A DNA stretch of 64,000 nt from Bacteroidales bacterium (GTDB lineage: Bacteria > Bacteroidota > Bacteroidia > Bacteroidales > UBA10428), in assembly GCA_016926205.1 (NCBI GenBank), contig JAFGPB010000099.1:9414-73413 (forward strand), read 5' to 3'. The first letter of the stretch is position 1; the number at the start of each line of letters is the position of its first letter. The position numbers and the translations under genes were made by a program. Shown here one piece after another: positions 48,827 to 59,907 of the stretch. The notes below the pieces were generated by a model. The model was not told where the DNA came from, did not search any database, and worked only from the letters and a program-made list of their open reading frames with translations.

Positions 48827-50467
48827 ATGAGAGCAATACTATTCAACGTGTTAACAGCATTTTTGTGCATCATCCTGCCAGGATGCAATCCTGCCTCCTC
48901 CGAAAGAAATGTGCAAACCAATGATTCTTTAATTATGAAACTGAATGATTTCGCTACATTCAGACTGACAACCGATCTTTCGGTATTGTCTGAAAACCAG
49001 AAGAAAATGATACCCATACTGATTGAAGCAGCTCAGATCATGGATGAAATTTTCTGGATGGAAGCATTCGGCGACCGGAACGCTTTTTTGGAAAGTCTGG
49101 ATAACAATGCTGAAAGACAGCTTGGAACAATAAATTACGGTCCATGGGAACGTTTAAATGACAACCGTCCGTTTGCAGAAGGTTTCGGACCGAAACCGCC
49201 GGGAGCAAATTTTTATCCGGCGGGTTTGACAAAGGAAGAATTTGAGAGTTTCGATGGTGCGGGAAAAACCAGCTCCTATACTCTGATCCGAAGGGATGTT
49301 GAAGGAAAACTTCGGGTTGTACCTTACCACGAGGCCTTCAGGGACCAGGTGGAAACAGCCTCGGGGTTAATCCTTGAAGCAGCCGCCCTGGCTGATGACC
49401 CCGGATTTAAAGAATATCTGAAGCTCAGGGCAGAAGCATTGCTTTCTGACAATTATTATATGAGTGACATGGCCTGGATGGAGATGAAAGAAAATATCAT
49501 CGATTTTGTAGTGGGCCCCATTGAAACTTATGAAGACCAGTTGTTCGGATATAAGGCATCACATGAAGCATTCATTTTGATAAAGGATCTGGAATGGACT
49601 GAAAGGTTGTCGAAATATGAAGCTTTACTGCCTCTGCTTCAGGAGCAGTTGCCGGTCGATGGAGTATATAAGTCAGAGATTCCGGGGAGCAGCTCCGATC
49701 TTGGAGTCTATGATGCAATATATTATGCGGGTGATTGCAATGCAGGGTCCAAGACAATAGCCATAAACCTTCCTAATGATGAACGTGTGCAGCAGGCAAA
49801 GGGCAGCCGGCGGTTACAGTTAAAAAATGCAATGCAGGCAAAATTTGATGAAATTTTGGTTCCCATTGGATATGAGCTCATCTCTGAAAGTGACCGGGGA
49901 CATATAACCTTTGATGCATTTTTTACGAATACAATGTTTCATGAGATCGCACACGGACTGGGATGCAACCATACAATAAACGGAAAGGGCACAGTGCGTG
50001 AAGCTTTAAAGGAACATTACACGACGATTGAGGAAAGCAAAGCGGACATTCTGGGCTTATACCTTGTTACGAAGCTTAATGAAATGGGGGTGACGGAGGT
50101 CGATCTGATGGATTCCTATACGACGTTTCTTACCGGTATTTTCAGGTCGGTTCGTTTCGGCGCATCCAGTGCCCATGGCAGAGCCAACCTGATAAGGTTT
50201 AATTACTTCAGGGAACAGGAGGCATTCCGCATAACGGATGACGGACATTATGCCGTTGATTTTGGTAAAATGCAGGAGGCTGTTTTGTCTCTTTCCAATC
50301 TGATCATCACAATTCAGGGTGACGGGGATTATGACAAAGCGGGTGAGCTGATAGAAACATATGGAATTATTGACGGACAGCTGAAAAGTTCTCTTCAACG
50401 TATTGAAGATCAGGACATCCCCGTAGATATTGTTTTTGAGCAGGGTCTGGATGTACTCGGTCTTTGA
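48827..50467 (+). CDS. Lipoprotein zinc metallopeptidase, DPP-III (M49)-like
   Basis: Lipobox ILPGC. Zinc motifs FHEIAHGLG (HExxH) and EESKADILG (EExxAD, compare the M49 EExxAE). Confidence 0.6.
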   Translation: MRAILFNVLTAFLCIILPGCNPASSERNVQTNDSLIMKLNDFATFRLTTDLSVLSENQKKMIPILIEAAQIMDEIFWMEAFGDRNAFLESLDNNAERQLGTINYGPWERLNDNRPFAEGFGPKPPGANFYPAGLTKEEFESFDGAGKTSSYTLIRRDVEGKLRVVPYHEAFRDQVETASGLILEAAALADDPGFKEYLKLRAEALLSDNYYMSDMAWMEMKENIIDFVVGPIETYEDQLFGYKASHEAFILIKDLEWTERLSKYEALLPLLQEQLPVDGVYKSEIPGSSSDLGVYDAIYYAGDCNAGSKTIAINLPNDERVQQAKGSRRLQLKNAMQAKFDEILVPIGYELISESDRGHITFDAFFTNTMFHEIAHGLGCNHTINGKGTVREALKEHYTTIEESKADILGLYLVTKLNEMGVTEVDLMDSYTTFLTGIFRSVRFGASSAHGRANLIRFNYFREQEAFRITDDGHYAVDFGKMQEAVLSLSNLIITIQGDGDYDKAGELIETYGIIDGQLKSSLQRIEDQDIPVDIVFEQGLDVLGL

Positions 50468-50551
50468 ACGCTGCTGGTTTTAATGATCCTTTACGGTATC
50501 CTGGTTTAACCGGTAATAGAATTAAATTGTGAAGCTTGTCCGGCTTCCGTA

Positions 50552-51841
50552 TTATTTCAATAAAATGCCTGCGATCCGGTTATCCAGACTGGTCTGGTCC
50601 GCTGCAAAGCTTGCCAGTCCGGCCAGATTCAACAATGCATCGAGAGCGAGTTCACCCGACCGGATGCGTTTTTCCCAGTGGCTGTGTACCGGTATTTTAC
50701 CGTCCCTTGCAATTTGATTCAGGTCTTCTTCTGCGAGTATGGGGAACAAATCTCCGCATCCTGACTGATGGGCCAGGTTGATGAGCTCAATGCCGCTTTT
50801 GGGAGGATCCCTGCTGAATTCATTTGCAAGAAGCAGCTCATTTTCAGTGACTTCCCACAGTTTCTCAAAATGGCAACCTTCAGCCTGTCGGCCGAACACA
50901 ACAGGAAAATCACGGTCCGAAACGAAAGAATATGAACCCGGGAGTTTCTTTTTACAGCTTTCTGCCGCAATTCTTACCGGTATGGTCAATGTATCCACGC
51001 CGGTCAGGTTTTCAACCTGTTCTGCAGTCCGTATGCTCGCAGCGATCAGTCGTGTCTGATACCCGGATTCAGACGAAAGCTTATTTACGAGTTTCTGCGT
51101 TGCAAGGGTGGTGCGCTCACCTATACCAAATTCACTTCCGAGATCGTTGTTTTTGAAATATGCGCCGATCCTTCCCAAAAACACATTGACATAAGCAGGT
51201 CGTGCAACAAGTGCCGCGAATGCATTCTGCCGGGCGCTGAATTCAAGGGTAAGGTTGATTTTCACACCTCGCTCACCAAGATATCTTGCAGCAAGCAAGC
51301 CGGTTGCCGTAAAGGGTACCTTGATCAGAAAATGATCTGGACATATTTCAAACAGCCGCAAAGCGTAATTGACCGTAGCCGCAAAATCATGTGCCAGATC
51401 CGTATGCAGCTCCACGCTTACCAAACTTCCAAATCTTCTGACAAGCCGAAATCCGTGCCTTGCATTTAACATAAAGGCTATTTCGGTGATCTGTTGTTTC
51501 GGGGAAAGGTCTTTTACGATTCTTTTTGCCTGTGCGATATAATCATCGTACATACCTTTCTGGATTTCCTTGTTCAGCAATGTGTTGTTTGTGGTTAATG
51601 CGGTCATTTCTTCAGACCACAGAGAACCTGCATCCTCAATATCACCCGTATCAAGCCATATTTCGGTGCCCTTATCCCTGAGGCTTTTCCAGAACGGATC
51701 AGAATGGGCCATAACAATGGTTTCATCAATGTCTTTCAAGACAAAGCTTTTGATTTCTTCTTTTATTGCGCTACCGATATTCATTTGATTGATATACTTT
51801 TGTCGGAGAATCAATTTAGTGAAATCCCGGGTCATAACCAA
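50552..51841 (-). CDS. Transaldolase-family protein
   Basis: IWLDTGDIE, LTTNNTLL and FLIKVPFTATGLLAARYL...GVKINLTLEFS (Schiff-base lysine context). Confidence 0.75.
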   Translation of the reverse strand: MVMTRDFTKLILRQKYINQMNIGSAIKEEIKSFVLKDIDETIVMAHSDPFWKSLRDKGTEIWLDTGDIEDAGSLWSEEMTALTTNNTLLNKEIQKGMYDDYIAQAKRIVKDLSPKQQITEIAFMLNARHGFRLVRRFGSLVSVELHTDLAHDFAATVNYALRLFEICPDHFLIKVPFTATGLLAARYLGERGVKINLTLEFSARQNAFAALVARPAYVNVFLGRIGAYFKNNDLGSEFGIGERTTLATQKLVNKLSSESGYQTRLIAASIRTAEQVENLTGVDTLTIPVRIAAESCKKKLPGSYSFVSDRDFPVVFGRQAEGCHFEKLWEVTENELLLANEFSRDPPKSGIELINLAHQSGCGDLFPILAEEDLNQIARDGKIPVHSHWEKRIRSGELALDALLNLAGLASFAADQTSLDNRIAGILLK

Positions 51842-51970
51842 TCGAATTCTTAATTATTTTGGTCAATGGTTCCGGATGCATTTTTCCTGAAGCAAAAACC
51901 CGGAACATTCCTGGCTTTTGAACGATGATATTCATTAAAATGTGGTAATTTTCATTCCCGGTTCAGTGTT

Positions 51971-54900
51971 ATGTCACAGTTGAAGGTAATACGTGCATCT
52001 GCCGGTTCGGGAAAGACATTCAGTCTTACGAACGAGTTCCTGAGTCTGCTTTTCAGGGATACGGATTATTTTATGCATATCCTTGCGGTAACTTTCACGA
52101 ATAAAGCAACTGAAGAAATGAAAAGCCGGATCATAAAGGAATTGTTTTATCTTTCTTCAGGAAGGGAGAGCGGACAACTGCAGGAACTGATTAAAAAAAC
52201 CGGTCTTCATGAAGCCGCTGTGCGCAATAAAGCCCGGATTGTGCTGAAAAAAATACTCCACCAATATTCACGGTTTTCAATCAGTACAATCGACAGCTTT
52301 TTTCAGAAGATCATACGTTCCTTTACAAAAGAGCTTGGGATCCAAAGCGGTTACATGATAGAACTGGATACGGACGCTGTGATTGCCGTTCTGATTGAAA
52401 GACTGCTGGTAGAACTTGAAAATGATAAATCCTTGCTGGAATGGCTTATTCGCTATGCTGAAACCCTGATAGAACAGGGGGAAAACTGGAATTTCAAAGA
52501 CAGCATGACAAGGCTGGGCAAGGAAATATTCCGGGAAGCATTCTTTGGTCATCAGGAGAAGCTGGGCAGTGTTTTTTACGATCGGAGTGCTCTTGGAGAT
52601 TACCAGTCATCACTTCATGCCATAATTGAAACATGCCGGAAAGAGTACACGGCAATCGGAAGGCAGGCAGTGGAATTCATAGAATCTTACAACCTCGCGA
52701 TTGATGATTTTTCCAGAAAGGATAAAGGACCTGCGGGTTTTCTTTACCGGATCGCTGGGGGGGAATTTAAAGAACCTGCTGCAAGTGCCGTGGAAGCTGC
52801 AGCTGATGTTAAAAGATGGTATACCAGGACTTCCTCTAAAAAAGAAGTGATCGAGTCGTTATTTCATAACGGACTGCAGTCATTCATGCAACAGGCTGTC
52901 GGGTTTTACAGTCAGAGGAATAAAGATTATCAGACGGCAGATGTGATCCTGAAGAATCTTTTCACATTGGGAATCTTATCTGATTTAATCAGGCTTTCAT
53001 CTGATTACTGCAATGAAAACAATGTCTTTCTGCTGAGTGAAGCAGCCATTTTCTTAAACCGGATCATCCGTGATAATGACACACCGTTTATTTATGAAAA
53101 GACGGGTTACTGGTATTACCATTTCATGATCGATGAATTTCAGGATACATCCATGATGCAATGGAAGAATTTCAGGCCACTCATCAGCAACAGTCTTTCA
53201 CAGGATTTTGACAATCTGGTTGTGGGTGATGTAAAACAATCAATTTACCGTTGGCGTAACAGCAACTGGGAGATACTTGCCGAAGGAATACAACAGGATT
53301 ACCGGAACGAAAGCCTTGAAATTTGCACATTGCATGAAAACTGGAGGTCAGACAACCGGATCATTGAATTCAACAATTCATTTTTTATGCTCGCTGCAGC
53401 CATAATGCAGGATGCTTATGATGAGAGTCTTAAGGAATCCGGACCTGATTCCCGGGACCCTGACAGTACATCCATCCTGAATGTCTATTCAGATGTTGGT
53501 CAAAAACAAGGAAAGGAGCGGGATGAATCCGGTCTGGTTCAGATAGATATCATCAGGAAAGATGAGAAAAGAACCTATGACGAAATCATATCCTCGAAAC
53601 TTATTCAGCACCTCTGTGACCTGCAGGATAAAGGTTATGCATTAAGTCAGATTGCAATTATTGTACGAAAAAACAGCGAAGCTGAACAACTGGCCGCTAT
53701 GCTGATTGATCACAACAACAAATATGGTGACGGATTGCACCGGTTTGATGTCATATCGGATGATGCTTTGCGTCTGGGCAGCTCATCCTTAATTGGTTTT
53801 ATCATTGCCCTGCTCAAATATATTGCACATCCGGACGATGAGGTAAACAAATACCTGATCCTCTCGGATTATCTGAATTATATCAGGGATGGAAATCCGG
53901 ACCGCAACTTTGACGTACCGGATAATACAAAAGCATCATGGAACGATATTTTCACTAAGATACTTCCCCGTGAATTCTTCATGCTGGCCGAATTTCAGGG
54001 TAGGATTTCGCTGACGGAGACCATCCAGCAATTGATGCGTCTGTTCGGGCTTGACCGGTTTGAAGGTGAAATTGCATACATTCAGGCATTTCAGGATCTT
54101 GTCCTGGAGTTCTCCAAAAGGCATGCATCTGATCTTGTCCGTTTTCTGGAATTCTGGCAGGAAACCGGAATGAAAAGGTCTGTTGCAGCTCCGGCAGGCC
54201 AGGAGGCGGTCAGGATATTGACGATCCACAAGGCGAAAGGACTTGAATTTGATGTTGTGATCTTACCCTATTGCAACTGGAGGATCAATCCAGGAAAGGA
54301 TACCATAGTATGGTGTGATGCCGGAAATGTTTTCGGCGGCAATTTCGACGTTCTGCCTGTCTATTATTCTCAGCGGCTCAGGAATACCCATTTCGCCCAG
54401 GAATATTATAAAGAATTACGCAGACAATATGTTGACAACCTGAATCTTTTGTACGTTTCATTTACCCGGGCACGTCATGGTCTCTTCGCATATTGTCCGG
54501 ATCCAGGAAACGACAGGCTGACTGATGTATCTGACCTTATAAGTCGCGTATTGGAAAATGCCGGACCGTCAACCCCAGATGCAACTGCAAAGCTGGATTT
54601 TCAGAAGCATTTTGATCGGAATGCGGGAATCTTCCGATACGGAAGTCTGCCGATAAAGGAACGTAAAGCAGATACGAAAAAGGATCCAGTGCTGACACTC
54701 ATCCAAGATCCCTTTGAACCGTACGAAACCGTGGCGGAGAAGATTCGCATTGCCTATCAGGGCAGCCTGTATCTTGATGCAACAACAGGACGGTTGTCCC
54801 GTCCCGTAAATCAGGGTAAGATCATGCATGAGATATTCAGCAGGATCGTTTGTCCGGATGACATACCCGCATCCATTCAGAGAATCTGCATTCAGGGTAA

Positions 54901-55228
54901 GATCGACAGGAAATCGGGTGAAAGGCTGTTAAAGCATTCCTGGGAACTGTTGAATGATATTCAGGTATTATCTTGGTTTACAGGCGACTGGAAAGTCCTT
55001 ACAGAAGCTGAAATCATACTTCCGGACGGTCTTGTGAAAAGACCTGACCGTGTGCTGGTAAGGGATAATAGGGCTGTCATCATTGATTTTAAATTCGGCA
55101 GATCCTTCCGCAGACAGGATGAATTGCAGGTAAAGGGATATTCTGAAATATTGAAAGCCATGGGGTACGAACAGGTGGAGGGTTATCTCTGGTATGTTGA
55201 GGCCGGCACAGTGAAGAAAATAGCATGA
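51971..55228 (+). CDS. UvrD/AddA-like helicase with a C-terminal PD-(D/E)XK nuclease domain
   Basis: Walker A ASAGSGKTFSL, AVTFTNKATEEM, DEFQDTS, VGDVKQSIYRWR and TIHKAKGLEFD. C-terminal nuclease motif RPDRV...AVIIDFKFG. Confidence 0.85.
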   Translation: MSQLKVIRASAGSGKTFSLTNEFLSLLFRDTDYFMHILAVTFTNKATEEMKSRIIKELFYLSSGRESGQLQELIKKTGLHEAAVRNKARIVLKKILHQYSRFSISTIDSFFQKIIRSFTKELGIQSGYMIELDTDAVIAVLIERLLVELENDKSLLEWLIRYAETLIEQGENWNFKDSMTRLGKEIFREAFFGHQEKLGSVFYDRSALGDYQSSLHAIIETCRKEYTAIGRQAVEFIESYNLAIDDFSRKDKGPAGFLYRIAGGEFKEPAASAVEAAADVKRWYTRTSSKKEVIESLFHNGLQSFMQQAVGFYSQRNKDYQTADVILKNLFTLGILSDLIRLSSDYCNENNVFLLSEAAIFLNRIIRDNDTPFIYEKTGYWYYHFMIDEFQDTSMMQWKNFRPLISNSLSQDFDNLVVGDVKQSIYRWRNSNWEILAEGIQQDYRNESLEICTLHENWRSDNRIIEFNNSFFMLAAAIMQDAYDESLKESGPDSRDPDSTSILNVYSDVGQKQGKERDESGLVQIDIIRKDEKRTYDEIISSKLIQHLCDLQDKGYALSQIAIIVRKNSEAEQLAAMLIDHNNKYGDGLHRFDVISDDALRLGSSSLIGFIIALLKYIAHPDDEVNKYLILSDYLNYIRDGNPDRNFDVPDNTKASWNDIFTKILPREFFMLAEFQGRISLTETIQQLMRLFGLDRFEGEIAYIQAFQDLVLEFSKRHASDLVRFLEFWQETGMKRSVAAPAGQEAVRILTIHKAKGLEFDVVILPYCNWRINPGKDTIVWCDAGNVFGGNFDVLPVYYSQRLRNTHFAQEYYKELRRQYVDNLNLLYVSFTRARHGLFAYCPDPGNDRLTDVSDLISRVLENAGPSTPDATAKLDFQKHFDRNAGIFRYGSLPIKERKADTKKDPVLTLIQDPFEPYETVAEKIRIAYQGSLYLDATTGRLSRPVNQGKIMHEIFSRIVCPDDIPASIQRICIQGKIDRKSGERLLKHSWELLNDIQVLSWFTGDWKVLTEAEIILPDGLVKRPDRVLVRDNRAVIIDFKFGRSFRRQDELQVKGYSEILKAMGYEQVEGYLWYVEAGTVKKIA

Positions 55229-55229
55229 T

Positions 55230-56177
55230 ATGGATTTTGGTGGGAGTCACAGAAGAAGATTCAACAGTTATATTGACCATATGCGCGGGATCTATGGCAG
55301 CCGTGTTCAGAAACTCGCAATAGATGCCGGATTTACCTGCCCCAACCGTGATGGAACAAAGGGCAGGGGAGGGTGTACTTTTTGCCTGAACGATGCTTTT
55401 AATCCTTCTTATTGTGATCCTGCCAGACCTGTGAGACAGCAGATTGCCGAAGGTATTGAATTTCACCGGAAGCGGTACAAAAGAGCCTGTAATTATGTGG
55501 CGTATTTCCAGGCATACTCAAACACACACGCTCCGGTCAGCAGACTGACAGACCTGATCAATGAAGCCCTTGGTATCGAGGGGATCGTTGGAATTGTTGT
55601 GGCTACCCGTCCGGATTGTGTGGACGATGAAAAACTCGGGCTTTTCAGGGCTTTATCAGATCAATATTATGTGATGATTGAATACGGAATCGAATCGGTT
55701 TTCAATAAGACCCTTGAACGGGTCAACCGGTGTCATTCATTTGAAGATACCGCCAGGGCAATAAGGATGACTGCCGCAAGAGGAATCCGGGCAGGCGGAC
55801 ACATGATTTTCGGCCTTCCGGGTGAAACACGCGATGAGATGCTCCAGAGTGCCGGGATTGTTTCGGAACTGCCCCTGACCAGTATCAAATTTCATCAGCT
55901 GCAGATTTTCAGGGGTACTGCCATGGAACAGGAATACTTAAAGAATCCTGGCGATTTTCATTTGTTTGGCATGGAGGACTACCTGGAATTTTTAGCCGAT
56001 TACATTGAACTGCTCAATCCCGGATTTATCATTGAAAGAGTTGCAGCTGAAACGCCTCCGCGTTATGCCTTCCTGCCGTCATGGGGTCCCCGGTACGACA
56101 CTGTCCTGATGAAATTTGAAAGACTTCTTGAAGAAAGGAATTCCTGGCAGGGTAAACGGTTCGTGTTTAAGTTGTGA
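55230..56177 (+). CDS. TIGR01212-family radical SAM protein
   Basis: FTCPNRDGTKGRGGCTFC is the family-specific cluster motif. The gene starts 1 nt after the helicase stop. Confidence 0.9.
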   Translation: MDFGGSHRRRFNSYIDHMRGIYGSRVQKLAIDAGFTCPNRDGTKGRGGCTFCLNDAFNPSYCDPARPVRQQIAEGIEFHRKRYKRACNYVAYFQAYSNTHAPVSRLTDLINEALGIEGIVGIVVATRPDCVDDEKLGLFRALSDQYYVMIEYGIESVFNKTLERVNRCHSFEDTARAIRMTAARGIRAGGHMIFGLPGETRDEMLQSAGIVSELPLTSIKFHQLQIFRGTAMEQEYLKNPGDFHLFGMEDYLEFLADYIELLNPGFIIERVAAETPPRYAFLPSWGPRYDTVLMKFERLLEERNSWQGKRFVFKL

Positions 56178-56206
56178 ATGGATCTCTCAAAGACTAAAGG
56201 ATCGAT

Positions 56207-57073
56207 ATGTATAAAGGTGTGCTTTTGCTTGTATCGGCCGAATTCAGTTTTGCCCTGGCAACCGTGTTCGTGAAATTCATTACCAGCAATTCTGACATAC
56301 CGCCCATTGAAATCACTTTCTTCAGGGTGCTCATCGGAACATTTGTTACTCTGGTATACATGGTCAGAACAAATGCTTCATTTCGTCCGAAAAGACCTGT
56401 CCTGGTCTTCGTCAGGGCACTTTTCAGTTTGGCTGCCCTGATTGCTTTTTTTTACGCAGTAGAGAAAACTTCCGTAACCAAAGCCAATATGCTGAATATG
56501 ACCTATCCTGTATTCATCTTTATCCTGGCACCTCTGTTCAGAATTCAGAAGGCACATAAATCAGCAGTCATTTTTCTCATTTCTGCAATGGCAGGTATAA
56601 CTCTGGTAATGAATCCGGATTTTTCCAGAATTCAAACGGGAGATCTTATCGGCCTGTTGTCTGGTATTCTTGCCGCCTTTGCCATAATTGCACTCTCGTT
56701 TGCAAGACTTTATGATTCCACAGTATTGATCGTTTTTTATCTCATGGTACTGGGCACAGTGTGCAATGGTCTGATCATGATACCTTTCTTTGTGATGCCT
56801 CAGGATTCTGAGTTTGTACTTCTCATTGCATCAGGTGTTTCAGGCGTGGCAGGTCAGGTATTCCTTACCATGGGCTATAAGTATGTAAATGCAAGAACCG
56901 GATCCATGATATCCTCATCAAGGATATTGTTTTCTGCTTTGCTGGGGGTTTTGTTTTTTTCCGACAAGCTTTCATGGCATATCATTACAGGCGGAATCAT
57001 GATCATGACGGCGATAATCGGGATAAGCGCGCTGCAGAAAAGGAACCAGGAACCGCAGTTCAGGAGTCAATGA
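56207..57073 (+). CDS. EamA/DMT-family transporter
   Basis: Ten predicted TM helices in two EamA halves. Confidence 0.8.
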   Translation: MYKGVLLLVSAEFSFALATVFVKFITSNSDIPPIEITFFRVLIGTFVTLVYMVRTNASFRPKRPVLVFVRALFSLAALIAFFYAVEKTSVTKANMLNMTYPVFIFILAPLFRIQKAHKSAVIFLISAMAGITLVMNPDFSRIQTGDLIGLLSGILAAFAIIALSFARLYDSTVLIVFYLMVLGTVCNGLIMIPFFVMPQDSEFVLLIASGVSGVAGQVFLTMGYKYVNARTGSMISSSRILFSALLGVLFFSDKLSWHIITGGIMIMTAIIGISALQKRNQEPQFRSQ

Positions 57074-58043
57074 TCTTCTTCTTTTTTGCCAGATGCTCAA
57101 TAAGCCATATCATACAGTAACCGGCTATCATCAGAAACAGGCAGAAGACTACCTCAAAACTGACTGTACCAGGTATATACCATTCATAACCCATGATTTT
57201 TTCGCTGCTGTCCTGTAATTTAAGTGCAATTTCATGCTTCCATGGCCACAATATCCCGAGTGAACCAAAAATAAAACCTGTCAGTATGGCAATGGTCAGG
57301 TCCCTGTAATTTTTAAAGATCCAGGCCAGTAAGCGGGAAAAAGCGATCAGTCCCAAAAAAGCTCCCAGCAATAAAGGAATGAGCACCTGAAAGTCCATAT
57401 TCTTTACGGAATGGATCATGACAAGCTCATAATTGCCCATCAGTAGCAATACATAAGAACCTGATAATCCGGGAAGTATCATGCTGCAAATGGCTACTAT
57501 GCCACACAGGAATACATACCAGATGGCATTGTTCTCACTGGCAGGTCTGAGCACAACCGTTACGAAAACGGCTATCAATGTGCCGGCGAAAAAAATCAGG
57601 ATCACACCGGCTGACCACTTTTTTATCTTGCGTCCGACAAAATAAACAGAAGCAAGGATAAGACCGAAAAAGAAGGCCCATACAAAATGGGGATAATCGC
57701 GAAACAAAGGTTCAAGAACAAAGGCCAGAGTATATATACCGGCTGCAGCCCCCCCGAAAACAACAACAAGGAACAGGAAACCGGTCCTTTCCTGAAATTC
57801 CCTGATCCGGCCGGTAAACAACATTTTTAACGCAGTGAGGTCAATTGATTTAATTGACACTATCAAATCTTCAAATATTTCTGTGATCAGGGCTATGGTA
57901 CCGCCGGAGACACCCGGAATGATATTTGCGGCTCCCATACCGATACCTTTGAGGAACAATATTGCGTATTTCATGAATGCTGCCTTCATGTGTGTACCTG
58001 ATACTAAACGGATGATCTGCCGGTATGCGGCAATTTTCTCCAA
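57060..58043 (-). CDS. DUF368-family membrane protein
   Basis: GMGAANIIPGVSGGTIALI, with a second LPGLSGSYVLLLMG half. The true start is probably an internal ATG (57989 or 57974). The 3' end overlaps the convergent EamA gene by 14 nt. Confidence 0.8.
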   Translation of the reverse strand: MEKIAAYRQIIRLVSGTHMKAAFMKYAILFLKGIGMGAANIIPGVSGGTIALITEIFEDLIVSIKSIDLTALKMLFTGRIREFQERTGFLFLVVVFGGAAAGIYTLAFVLEPLFRDYPHFVWAFFFGLILASVYFVGRKIKKWSAGVILIFFAGTLIAVFVTVVLRPASENNAIWYVFLCGIVAICSMILPGLSGSYVLLLMGNYELVMIHSVKNMDFQVLIPLLLGAFLGLIAFSRLLAWIFKNYRDLTIAILTGFIFGSLGILWPWKHEIALKLQDSSEKIMGYEWYIPGTVSFEVVFCLFLMIAGYCMIWLIEHLAKKKKIIDS

Positions 58044-58220
58044 ATATAATTAAACCTGCGAATTTTGGTTTCTTCGGACATGCAATCAACCATTATGTGA
58101 TATCAGGATGAAAGGTTTTGCACGGATCCCTGAAAAAATGGTGCTGGTGTTTCTATGTTCCGTCTAAATAGAGTAATTTAACCGAATCAACAGCATATGT
58201 TTTCAATGATTTCGTTTTAA

Positions 58221-58763
58221 TTGAAAAATTATAAAAATAAGGAAATTTCATCCCTGAAATCAGGGGATATCGCTGCATATGAGTCGTTGTTCAGGCAATA
58301 TTATGCTGCACTTGTATTGTTCGCTGTAAAATATGTCTCCGATATCGATATTGCCCGTGAAATCGTTCAGGATTTTTTTGTCAGACTTTATGAGAAAAGA
58401 CTTACGATATCTATTGATGTATCCATAAAATCATATCTGTACCGTTCGGTATATAATTCCTGCATAAACTATTTGAATCAACGCAACATCCACGAAAAGC
58501 ATGTCAATAACATGAGAATTGAAAATGAACTGGATGAGGATGCCGAAAAGGAAATCATGACCCTTGATTTGCAACACAAAATATATGCAATCATTGAAGA
58601 ATTGCCTGTTAAATGCCGGCAGATTTTCAAGATGAACCGGTTTGAAGGCCTTAAGAATGAGGAAATTGCCCAAATGCTGAACCTGTCAAAACGCACCGTT
58701 GAGACGCAAATCAGCAAGGCATTGAAGATATTGCGGAAAAGACTTGCAGGATTTGAGATTTGA
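58221..58763 (+). CDS. ECF-type RNA polymerase sigma-70 factor
   Basis: Region 2 (AYESLFRQYY..L..FA.KYV.D...AREIVQDFF..L) and region 4 (LP.KCRQIF.MNRFEGLKNEEIAQMLNLS.RTVETQISKAL). Region 2 precedes the first in-frame ATG, so the TTG at 58221 (directly after an in-frame TAA) is the likely start. Confidence 0.9.
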   Translation: MKNYKNKEISSLKSGDIAAYESLFRQYYAALVLFAVKYVSDIDIAREIVQDFFVRLYEKRLTISIDVSIKSYLYRSVYNSCINYLNQRNIHEKHVNNMRIENELDEDAEKEIMTLDLQHKIYAIIEELPVKCRQIFKMNRFEGLKNEEIAQMLNLSKRTVETQISKALKILRKRLAGFEI

Positions 58764-58911
58764 CTGGTTTTATCTTTTGTGATAATATAAAAACATTTGT
58801 TTGATCATGAATAACGCAGATTGTAACCATTTAAGATCCATTAAATTGGAGATTTGAATTATTACATGAATAAGTGTATTTGTTAATTTATATGTCATAA
58901 TATAATGAGTC

Positions 58912-59895
58912 ATGGATGTACTTAAAATGCCTTACAAAGCAATCATAAAAATGCTTGAAAATAAGGCAAAAAACATTGAATATCAGACGTATATGAATCA
59001 GATCAACAACGAATCTAACAGGACTGATGAACAGGCGAGAATCCGTAAGATCTGGAATGAGTCTGAGAATGCCCGAAAGTTTGAGCAGATCAATTTGGCG
59101 GGCGACTGGAAGACAGTGAGGTCAAGGATGCGTGTGACCATGTCTGCTGGTTCGGAACAGATTGCGTTTCCGATGGTTCTGTCCCGGATAGCTGCAGTAC
59201 TGATCATTGCCGTTGGTCTCGGTTATGGTTTTTATAAAGTTCTTACCAGTCAGAAATTTCAGACGGTTAAAATCTATACATACAGGGCTGATCGTAATGT
59301 TGAAGAAGTTTATATGCCGGATGGCTCGGTAATAAATCTGAACGTTGGTTCATCACTTGTATACCGGGATGATTTCAACCGTTCAAGTCGTGATGTGATT
59401 CTTGAGGGAGAAGGACTGTTTGATGTGGTACCCGGTCACACTTTACCCTTTAGGGTATATACCGGAGAATCTGTCGTTGAAGTTACGGGTACCACTTTCA
59501 GCATTTATGAAAAAGATGGAGTTGTTAAAGTCTCTGTCATTGACGGTACGGTAACATTATCACCCGTTGATAACAGCAACAGCCAGATCCAGATTTCCAA
59601 AAACCAGTCGGGTTACATGTTGGCCAATAAAGAGCTTAAAATCAGGGATGGAATCGATGTCAACAACCTGTCCTGGAAAACAAGACTTCTTATATTTGAT
59701 GAAACACCGCTTGATTCAGCGTTGGTTGATATTGCACATTATTTCCGGAAGAACCTTTCCATTGAAGCTGAAGTTACTGAGAAAGTAACTGCCGAATTTG
59801 AGAACCAACCCTTGAGTGAAATACTCGATGAACTGGAACAGGTTGCCGGACTTGTTTTTGACACTACCGGAGGATCACTCTCGGTCAGAAGATAA
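58912..59895 (+). CDS. FecR-family anti-sigma factor
   Basis: Cytoplasmic N-terminus, TM helix IAAVLIIAVGLGYGFY, periplasmic FecR domain (V.LPDGS.I.LN.GS.L.Y......R.V.LEGE..F.V), and a C-terminal DUF4974-like segment (F...PL..AL..I...F.). Confidence 0.85.
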   Translation: MDVLKMPYKAIIKMLENKAKNIEYQTYMNQINNESNRTDEQARIRKIWNESENARKFEQINLAGDWKTVRSRMRVTMSAGSEQIAFPMVLSRIAAVLIIAVGLGYGFYKVLTSQKFQTVKIYTYRADRNVEEVYMPDGSVINLNVGSSLVYRDDFNRSSRDVILEGEGLFDVVPGHTLPFRVYTGESVVEVTGTTFSIYEKDGVVKVSVIDGTVTLSPVDNSNSQIQISKNQSGYMLANKELKIRDGIDVNNLSWKTRLLIFDETPLDSALVDIAHYFRKNLSIEAEVTEKVTAEFENQPLSEILDELEQVAGLVFDTTGGSLSVRR

Positions 59896-59907
59896 CCTTC
59901 ACCGATT

